This document shows, in pieces, positions 10,601-21,800 of a DNA stretch of 41,701 nt. A program made the position numbers and the translations under genes. This DNA is from Octopus bimaculoides (taxonomy: Eukaryota), in the NCBI RefSeq assembly GCF_001194135.2, contig NC_068984.1, positions 89,128,772-89,170,472 of the forward strand, written 5' to 3'. The notes under the pieces are model-generated. The model was not told the origin of the DNA. It saw only the letters and a list, made by a program, of their open reading frames with translations, and did not search any database. Numbering within the stretch: position 1 is the stretch's first letter; each line of letters opens with the position of its first letter.

Positions 10601-13600
10601 AATGTTGATCAAGGTAGTTTGTATTAAAGCTTACAAAATTGAAAACAACTTTGTTTATAAAAGAATGTAAAGACATCATATTGGGCTCAGTACCCAGCTT
10701 AACAACTTCAGATTTCAAGTCAAAGACTTAAGAATATATTATATATATGTATATATGTTTAGAGAGAGAAAGATTAAAAGAAAGAGGAGAACAAGAAACA
10801 ATAGAAGAAACTAGATGTCATATATGTAGCAAGGAGCTGAAAATAAAAAGTTGACCAGTGTTCTGCAGTAAGAGTTGTTTCATATTGCAAAGCAAGGTAA
10901 TAGTATAAATCCAGAAGTTGGTAAAAGTATGTACACAATGGTTAAGTGGCACAGTTGTCCTCACTGGTGCCAAAAGAAAGAGGCATAGGAATATCAGTAT
11001 GAGAGTTTGCTGAATGAAGAAAATTCCTGAAAGTGAGATGGCCTACCCTAAGTATCTGCAACAAGAAGACCAATTATTAAAGTTGACAGTTAATAGCTAA
11101 AAGTGGGGTTAAAAATATGAAGGCAGGGAAAGGAGCTGTACTTCCAAGGAAAGTTGTTGAAATGCTGAAAATATTCAGTAATGCAGGAGATACATTGGTG
11201 AGTGACTTGTATAGTCAATATGATAGTAAAGGGTGCATTGCACTGTTATCATCAACAGGTTCAAGGGCAAAGAAATGTTTCAGAAAGAAGCTGTTGTAGC
11301 AATGTGGGAGTAAAAATAATTCAATTTTAATCCCTATATGGTTATGTGGGATTTTCAACTCCAAATCAGCCTTCCAGATGTCAGTATTCACTTTTGGAAT
11401 ATAACAGCCAACAAAAGGCATAGCATTGCTGCATACATAAGAGTTATTCAGTTATTCTTTATCTAATGGAATTCATTTAGTAACGCAGCACACACATACA
11501 CACATATATATATGAAAGAGAGATATATAGGGATAGATGCTCATAACACACATGCCATAGATACACAAATTATATACAACAGATACGTGTGTATTTTTGT
11601 TGTCAGCAAAATATAACCAAAGCTACTATACAGACATCAAATCGATGTTTTTGTTGTATGAAAGTAACAAAGTTATTGCACAATTGATTTGGGAGTGAAC
11701 AAACTTAGTCTCTTAGAAAATTAAGTGTAGCTAAATGGCTTTTGAACACCAGTCTAGCTAAGTACATGCTAACTCTCATCATGGTATTAGCATAATGAGA
11801 GTCAGTAATGAGTTCAATGAGGAATTTATCATGCAGGCAGATGTCCATCTAGGCTCAGTTCTCAGTTCCTTGTTATAGTTGTCCATGCCATGATAAAGGA
11901 TTTTTAAATTAGCTGTCTATGGGAACTCCTGTCTGCCAAAGGCCCTATTTTTCAGAGCTATATCTATCAAAGAATTAGAGAAGAAATCTGCAAATTGAGC
12001 TCATCATTGATTCCCCCCTTCACTCAATAGCCTGAACCTGGTGCCCTCCAACTACCACTTGTTTAATCCAATGGAGGACAGTCTTTAGAAGCAATAATTT
12101 GATGTCACAAATGTGGTGAAAGTGGTTGTGAAGAAGTGGGTACAACAGTGCACACCTGAATTTTTTTGAAAGAGAATCTGATAGTTGGATTCAGCAATGG
12201 CACAAATACATCACTTGTAATGGAAACTATGTAGTAGTATGTTTGTACAGAGGAAGAGTTACTCTGTCAACATCTGCAATTTGAATGACCTGTTTCATAC
12301 TGCGAAGCAGTGTAATAGTGTGAATCAATACATTGGGGAAAAGTATGTACACAATGATGGTGGCATATTTGTCCTCACTGATCCCAAAAAGGAAAGACAT
12401 GGAAATAACTGTATTTCATTGCAGGTTAGGCAATCACATAAAGGTTCCTTCATTCACTCATTAATTGCTTTTGTTGGGCATTAGGTCAGCATTATTGAGC
12501 ACATATTATCAAAGCTATTCCAGCCATCACTACTTCTTTTCCTGAGTATTGCAAATCCAGAACTATAGTTTTCAATGTGTTCCTTCATTTCCAAGGTAGT
12601 AGGTGTTAATTAAAGGAAATTTAGTTGCTAATTTTAGCAAAACAACTACCATTTAGTGGCTTCCCCCATTAGATTGAAGTAGTGGCTCTAGAGGTAAACA
12701 TGTTAGGTTTAGTGGGAGTACAGTAGTTCATTGTTATTTCCTTGTTTTGTTTAATCCTTTTACCAAATTTCTGTTGGACTACACCCTCTTTATTTCAGTT
12801 TTATCTTTAGACTGCAGGCTTGATTAAGGTGCTTAGGGTCTGACTGCAGGCTTGATTAAGGTGCTTAGCTCCGGGTCAGCCCTAATCAAGAAGTCCTATC
12901 ACATGCTGGTAGTAAACCAAGCAATGAGGCATGATTCATTGATCCATTTATATAATGTCTTCATCTAGCTGAAGACCATACAGCATGCTCAACCTACACT
13001 GATGAATTGTATCAGATGCAATGTGACACTGGATATATCTACACTCTCTCCACTATCCAGCCTATTCCTAATTCTGATGATGGCTACAATAGATGCAAGT
13101 CAGGTGGACTTGGTCAGAGTGCAAGAGTTGCATATATTGGTAGTGTGCATCTCTGCATAGTGTTTAGAACTAGTGCAGTTGTTATGTTGCAGCTATTTCT
13201 CTCTGTATGTGTTCTTGTTTCTTATGCTTATGTAAGTTAAATGGAAGAGATAGTGTTTATAGGGTGTAATTGTAACACTACTTTAAAGTATTGTATATGT
13301 GTCTGGGTGTTTGGAGGCGGTTTAGGAGGCCTCTATGTGGCTGCTCAACCAGTAAGACATCACACTCAACTCTTCCTCAAATACTACTCTACCGTCATGA
13401 AAAATAATTAAAGATACAAGATATTTCTGTTGCATGTGGTGTTATGTTTGATGTTGTCTTTATGCTTTTATCATATTAAGATTTCAGTTTTGTAGTGGGG
13501 TGGGGGTGCTTGTTATTGTTGTCGTGGAGGATATGTTGTGAGGAACCTTCTACAGTTATTTTGTTGAAAGTGTCATGCTGTTTTTACATTACTGATAATG

Positions 13601-15816
13601 TTGTTGTTGGATTTTGAAAAACGTAATTCTGAACCTTAGCAATGTAATACCACTAGAATTTTTTGAAAGTTTATGAAAGTGGCTTTGTTTTGGTTATTTA
13701 TATGTGCATTTTGAAGAAGATGATGGATGGTCAGAGCAGAGTTGAAGGTTGTTCATTTTGTTAGAGATAGATGTGTGGAGCAAGAAATGATGTCTAGAGA
13801 GAAGTTATTATAGTAAAGTTAGCTTCATAGGTGAATGGATTATTTAAAATGTGGAGATTTTAATTATAGTGCTGATGCATCTATTTTTGTATCATTCATT
13901 AAAGTCTTTTATTTTTTTGTGTATGTTAAGGTGTTGTTGTTTGTATGGTGTATTAATGTATCAGATGCATGAGTTTTATGTATAAGGCATTTTCTTAAAA
14001 ATATGTTCTTTTTCAGAAAAATTATTTTGTTTTTCATTTTCTAGGTTTATGTCCTCCACCAGATCCAAATGAAGTCCCCTATAAAAGTAGTTCAATTGAA
14101 ATCCTTAAGGATCCCATTCCAGACTTGTTCAATGTTTTAACAATGGAAGAGGATGTACTTAAGCGATGGGCTTCTTACCACTATCAAGTTCGGTCAGATG
14201 CAATCCATTATACAATGGACAGACTTTCTGAAATGGAAGCAGGAGTTGGAATGCGTAAGTAATTCTTTTCATTAGGATAGTTACAGTGACTTCTGTAATG
14301 ATTTTGTTCTTTCAATGGGTGCTGATCCTATTTTCTTAAAATAAAAATATTAAATAATGTCATCAGGTTACTAGTAGTGATAAGGTTTTGATTACAATTT
14401 TCTGTGCTTTACATGTGTGTACAGTATGAACACAACAAGAAAGTGCTTGTAAGCATCCTCCCAAGAATCAATGAAATATAGTTTGCTATGATCTGACATT
14501 AACTCTTAGGTAGATACTCTGTTGTTTTTCCTCAGTAGTTATGAATTTTAACATTTCTAAATAATGGGTATGGACATATATATATATATATNNNNNNNNN
14601 NGCCCTATGGGTCTGGGTTTGGAAAAATAAGAATATTGTCAACCTCTGATATAAATAAGATATTTATGTGTATATGTAAAAATATTATACTTGCAGAATA
14701 TCATCAATAAAATAAATACATTTTAAGTCCTGGAACTGATATAATTGACTAGGTACTTCCCTCAAAATTTGAATTTTTGAGTCTGTTGCTGTTGTTATTT
14801 TTATTATTATTTCCTTTTGTGGTATGTTTTTGTTCTGGAGCCATTGCTGCAGAGGATGAAGACTTACAAGATGGTAGGCTTGCAACTCAGTATTTGGAGA
14901 GGTAAATCCATACCAGCCAGGTGTGATTTCTGTCTATAGACTGCAGGCTTGATTAAGGTGCTTAGGGTCTGGCTTGGACCAGACCTATAGCTCAGTTAGA
15001 TCTGAGAAGTCATAATTTTTATCATATCCAATGCTAAAGTTTTATTATTATTAAGGCAGTGAGCTGGCAGAAAAGTTAGCATGCCAGGTAAAATGCTTAG
15101 CGGTATTTCGTCTGTCTTTACGTTCTGAGTTCAAATTCTGCCGAGGTCAACTTTGCCTCTCATTCTTTCGGAGTCGATAAATTAAGTACCAGTGAAACAC
15201 TGGGATTGATGTAATCAGCTATCCCTCCTCACCAAATTTCAGGCATTGTGCCATTAGTAGAAAGGATTATTATTGAGTGAGAGAGCAGTGCATGCCATCA
15301 AAGTGACACTGGAGTAAAATATACAAAGCCCAGTATACCCATCATGACTAACCATTTGATAAGGGCACACAAGGCACATGCATCACAACCATGGTGATCT
15401 CATATCAAGATAAATAGCGCATGACCTTGCAGGTGGAGCCCAGTTAGAATTTTCTTCAGTTCAAGTAGCCCATCCCACTCAAAAGGTTCCTGAATAAGGG
15501 TTGTTTAAGGATGTTGAATGAGATACTTATGTTTCTGGAGGTGAATTATTCAAGCCCCAAAGAATTCCTCTCCAACACATAGCTACGATGCTCTCCCACT
15601 ACTGCTTGTGATCAGAGATGCACATACCATCAGCCACCACGGGACATGCTCAACTGATCAAACAAGTGACAAGCAAGTCCGTGGTATTGAGCAAAATATT
15701 TGCTCTAGCCCATCTTTTATACCAAGACAAAGCATGTACTTGGTAACACTTCCAATCAGTTAAGATCAGAAGCCATGAGAGCCAGTGCCTCGTACTGCAC
15801 CAGGACATAGTGCCTG

Positions 15817-15851
<35 letters not shown>

Positions 15852-18800
15852 CATTATAAAGGCAGCAAGCTGGTGGAACCATTAGCATGTTAAGCAAAAT
15901 GCTTAGAGGCATTTCTTCTGTCTTTATGTTGAGTTCAAATTCCACCAAGGTTGACTTTGCACCTCATCCTTTCAGGTTTCAATAAGATAAGTACTAGTTG
16001 AGTATTGGGGGGTCAATGTAATCAACTAACTCCTCCCCTTAAAATTACTGGTCTTGTACTGAAATTAGAAAGAATTATTAAGAGACACATTATTATCTGT
16101 TGGGACTGATATTTCAGTGAGGAGGCTCTTCTTTCTTTGGTTGTCTTTGACAAAAATATCCAGCAAGTGTGCCTTGATCTTGGCTGTGTGGATTGTTATT
16201 AATTTCATGCTGACTATTTCATGCAAGTTCCTACTGCATAACCAAGTACACTTTCATATTCCTGAGGTATTTGCACTATTATTTTGACAGATGTAGATTT
16301 GTGTTGGTTTACTGTGTTAGCTTTGCTTTGCTATACGGCAGTGTTTCTCAACTATATTTTGCTTATAGACCCCTTTGACTCCTATTTCACTCAGGTGGAC
16401 CCCCAAAGCTATTTTATGTTTAAAAAATCCTATTATATTTTTATGAAGAAATATTAAGAGGAATTGTATTAAAAAAAAATTGTTAAAATTGTTAAAATAT
16501 TCTAGTTATTGCACATAAATTTAAACAACAAAATCTTTATATGAACCCCCATAGGGACCCCAGTTGAGAACCACTTCTATTGGGGATGAGTTTCTGGAAA
16601 TGCCAGTTTGGTGTTTTCTCTGTTGTTTAAAGTATGTGTAACATCTCTTGTACTATATTGTCGGGTGGTGAATATGTTTTGTATGTGCTGTGTAACTGAT
16701 GATTTATGTTGTTTGTTTTGAAATGGTGGTGGTGTATAGCATGTGGTGTGTGGTTTGCATGGCATTAATGGGTTGCAGCTGTGTAGAATTATATGTATTA
16801 TAATGCCGGATATTGGTTATAGAGGAGTGTGGTGCATTGTTTTGGTGGGAGTTGATCTTATATAGTATGTGCTGGGTAAGCTGTGTTAATTTATTGGTTG
16901 TTATTATGTAATGTATGTGTTGTGTGCAGAGAGTATACTGAGTGTGCTGTGTTGTGCTGCTGAATTGTCTTGCATATAGGATACAAACTATATCTGAGCA
17001 GATATTGGTGTGGAGGAACAGTGTATAATGTTGTGGGGCACATATGACTCATGTGATTTTATTCATCATTATCATCACCAATTTCATGCAACAGTTTCAT
17101 GCCAACTTCTACTGCACCACCAACTACCTCTATGTTCATGAGATGTGTGCAATGTTATTTCCTGTGGTGTAGAATTATTTGTACATTACATCTGTTTTGC
17201 GTTGGTGTGGGATCTTTGTATTTTTTTGTTTTTGTTTATGATATTTCACCATTTAGTATATACAAGTATGAGTTATGTGCACACTCCAAAATGCAGTGGT
17301 TGACTGCATGAGTGCAGGCTATAGAGGTAAGCAAGATGTATCTGGTCTGAGCATGACAGTTGCTCTTCTGTATTCGTTGTTTATACATTGCAGCAGCATA
17401 GTGTTTAGGGCCAGTGAAGGCTTTGAGACTATAGCTATTTCCGTGTCTGAGTTTTTATATTTGTTTGGATTGAATGGAAAATAGTGTCCTTTAGCTGCAG
17501 TTGTAGTAGTGATCTAGGCTGCTTTATATGTGTCTTAGTCTTGTGTGGGGATTTTTTCATTTAGTGACCAGGAATGTGAGGGCTGGAGTTTGCTACAGTA
17601 AACAAACTATGTACCTCACATGTCCAACTAGTCTTTCAGTTTTTCTTTTCACATTGTGCAGGTGATCTGTAGGTGTGGTCTGTATACGAAATCTGTGTAC
17701 AAGCTGTGATCATGTGAAGTTTGCTGTTTTGTGACCTTTGTAGTTAATTGGAGTTTTATTATATAGAGACAGAAGACCCAAGCCACCTGAGTTAATGATG
17801 GATCTACTATATCATTTGTACATTAAATCCTGTTATTTCTTTCTGTTAGTCAAACATGTGTGTTCTATGAGTTTGTGCATCATTTGGCTTTCTTTACTAT
17901 TTCTTCTATTTGTTCTGTGAATTTTATAGAAATGTTGTATATAAGTAACTCCTAGTATTTTGTCTTCTGTTGTGTTTTGTTTGTTTATGTTGAGGATGAT
18001 GGTATTGATACTCAATTCATGAAATTATTAACTTTTCAACCTATATAACCAACTGATAGAAAACTGAGAGCTACTATAATTTTAAACATTATATGAGGTT
18101 CATATATGAAAATTTCACAGCTGACAAGATATTCTTATGGAATGTGACCAAATGATGATTATTTTTCAGTATGGTCCCCTTTGCAGTTCACACACTTCTT
18201 CTATTGGTGTTGCAGTACTTAGATCCCATTGGTGAAGAAGCTTTCATCTTGTAGATCAAAAACGTCATCAATGGCAGATTTAACGTCATTGTCCCTGTGA
18301 TACTGGTTCCTAGCCAAGTGTTTTTTTCATATTAGGGAACAGATGATAGTCAGATGAGGCGAAATAAGGAGCTGATCAACCAATTTAAAGCCACAGTCAC
18401 TCACAGAAGCCATTGAAACCAAGAACCTGTGTGCTGGAGCCATTGCTCCTAATGAAACAAGGCTCCTTTCATCAGTTTTCCTGGGTGTTGGATCTTGATA
18501 GCCTTTTGTAACTGCCTCAACAAGTTAGCATAGTACTCTCCATTGATGGTGTGGCCCTTTTGAAGATACCAAGTTCATTGTGCAGAATATTCTCAACTCT
18601 CTCACAGGATATAACAGCATTGGTTATTTGATTTATAATCAATTGCCTGTCATCTATCACTATGTGGTGAACACAATGTTTTCCTTGGTGGTGGTAGTTG
18701 CAGGGCATCCAGATGTTGGGTCATCTTCAAGACTCTCCATTCTCCTCCTAAATTTAGCTGCTCATTTTTGTATTGTTGATAAAGCTGGAACATCATCTTC

Positions 18801-21800
18801 TAATGTAGCAACCATGTTAGCATGAATGTCCTTGGGGGCTAAGCCTGCAGTTATTAATGAGTTGAAATTAATTATGAATGAATGTTGGCTGAATAATATT
18901 TTTTTCAATACAGAGAAATTTTTTCCCAAAATGTGTAATCACCAGCAGAGAATGATAGAAGCTATGAATTTGCATGAAATAAATATGGCACAAAGAAGCT
19001 ATCACTCTCTGATCAAATCCTCTTGCTATTTTCACTTTGATCACCATCATAATCTACAGGTTTGTAAAAATAGACTGGACAATGAAAGAGAGTGCAACAT
19101 ATGGAAACTGTCATGTTGCATTCCTTACAATTCATCAATGCATTGCCAGACTGTACAATATGGACTTTAGCTAGGTGAATCACAGGTTAGCTAGGAAAAT
19201 GGATCTGTGGAGTGTCCATCATCATTCTGTCACAGAACTACACAATCAAATTGACCCTGACACATAGAATGCAAACCACCAGACACAAATGCAGAAGAGA
19301 TCTTGATGAACCACCAGACATAAATGTAGAAGAGATCTTGATCAGAATCAACTCCTGTGCCTTCACTGTGGTTGCCACCAAGACCTACAGGAACAATAGC
19401 AGAGACACAACATATCTACATACTATATTGCAAACCATTTGATAAACCACCTATATGTCAGAGTGGGGTCATCAATCAAGCAAGCACAAAGTATTGTATA
19501 TCTGGAGTGGTTAGATTTGTGAATCATAACTTTGTGCTGTATTGGTGTAGGTTTGCTCAAAAATGACCACTCAGCCACAACAGACCCAGTTATTTTGGCT
19601 AAATTTTGCAAAACTAATATGTTGTCATTTGCTACTAAAGCAGTTAAGAAGTGGAAAATGAATGAAGGTAAAAAAAAAATATAGGAAAGACAACATTGTG
19701 TAGAGATAACTAGAAGAAAGTATTAGATAGAACTACTGAAGCTTCTAAGATTTTTGTTAGATTTAATTTTCTTTCTTTCTTTCTAATGCGTTTCTTTCAC
19801 CCTTCCTCCACAAGGAGCAGATAGATTAATTCTCAAACGATTCTGTAATTGAAACAGCTTAAGAATTTTTTAGTATTTTTTGGTTTAGAGAGTAGTTCTT
19901 TGAAATTCTCATCTCCTAAAATATTGCTGTATCATTTCTATAATTCTTTTCATGTTTTCTGAAACATTCTTCATATTCTAAAACAAGTTGGTATTAGACA
20001 GAAGGGGGAATGATCAAGTATCACATTAATGGAGGGCAAATAGGAAATTTTTTCACAAACATTTAAAATGTATACTTCAGGGTTTTCTCAAGTAGTGAAT
20101 GTGTATTGGTTAGTTTTTCATCAGTATGATTTATTTAGAAACAAAGAAATATTCCATTGACACAAACAAAGACATATTCCATTGATGCATGCAAAATTGT
20201 TGTTCTAATCCTTTATAGCAACAGAGCAAGCTAAGTTAATTTATTTATACTTATAGCTAAGGAAGAGGTTTGTATTTGACACATTAAATGTATACTTATA
20301 AACTTTGGCAAATTAACTGCAACCAGATGTGTGAGGTGGGGATGAGAGGGGGTAGAGTAGGTTGGGGTGGGGAGCATGCCCCAGAAAAATGCCTTTGCTG
20401 TAACAGGCTATTTCTGTTAAGCTAATAACCAAATCCCAAAATAGTTCCATTTGAGCAACTTCATGCTGAAGATCAGAAATTTTTAACTCTCACAGTGCCC
20501 AGTTAAAGTTTACAACACTGATAATTGAAAGATTTTAGGACCAAAGTAGTTTTTAAATGTTTATTCTAAATGAGAATGTTTTTACCAGTTATGAATATAG
20601 ACAAATGACCTATCAGCATATTGAGTTCCTTCTCATAATTTGGCATCTTGTATAAACTGTTTAAAAGTATAACATATTTTGCTTTCTATTTAATGGGCAT
20701 ATTTCTTTACATTCTGTACAACACTGCATGTATCTATCAGTCCTATATCACTTGAAACTGCCTGAATCAAAATACTCTCAGTGACATTTGTTTTAAAGAA
20801 AGTTATGAACTTACTAATCTAAGGAAGAAAACTTGAAACCCTTCCTCTATCATTTATTTACTTTCTATAATGTTCACTATTAAAATCAGCATGTGTTGCT
20901 GAATATTTGCAATTTATTTCTGGAGATTTTTTTTTAATTTTAACTTACATACATACATGGCTGTTTCTGAAGGGTGTAACTAGTCTGTAAATTTTATAAT
21001 GAAAATGCTACGAAAAGGTCGAGGAAAAAAGTTTTTTCAATTTTCGTTTGTGATGTTTATATATCCATGTCTTATTAACTGCATTTAATATTTACTAACA
21101 TCTTTCTTTTCACCATTTTATTTGGGTGTATATATGTCTTTTATAGTTTCTATTATGTAGTAAATTAACAATCATATATGCACAACATTATCGTTAGTAC
21201 AAATGACTATTTAAATTAAAAATATTAAGCCTTTTCTGTGTCAGTGCCAATTTTCATAATTTGACCACAAATAAATACACTGTACTTGTTTGAATTTTTA
21301 AAAAGCCTTTTTGCTTAACCATTACATCACCACGATTTTGTCTTAGATATTCGACTAACATTCATCAGTCATCAGTTTACCATACAATTATTAAGATGGT
21401 TTTCTCTTGAATGGAACAATTTTTCTTCTTGGATATTTGTCAAGGCTTTCATCATTTTATCAGTAGAGCCTACTCTCCACTGGTTGTATTTGATGGTCTT
21501 ATGCCAACTCTTTTTTTTTTTGCTATTTCTTTCATACACAAGAATATAAAGTAGCATACAATAATATTGATGGAGGCAAAGGGCTATGATTATAACGTAT
21601 TGAACTGCCAGATTGTAAATCAGGAGTTTTGCTTTCACAGCATGCATCTTGGGCAGAAAACTTATTCTACATTCCTCAGTTGTTCCAAGTTTTCATGGGT
21701 TTGTTACTTGGTAGTTTATTCATTAAACGATTAAACATTTGTCTGCTTATCACTATGTTTGAATTGAAATCTCAGTGTTATCAACAAGTCTGGCTTGTGA

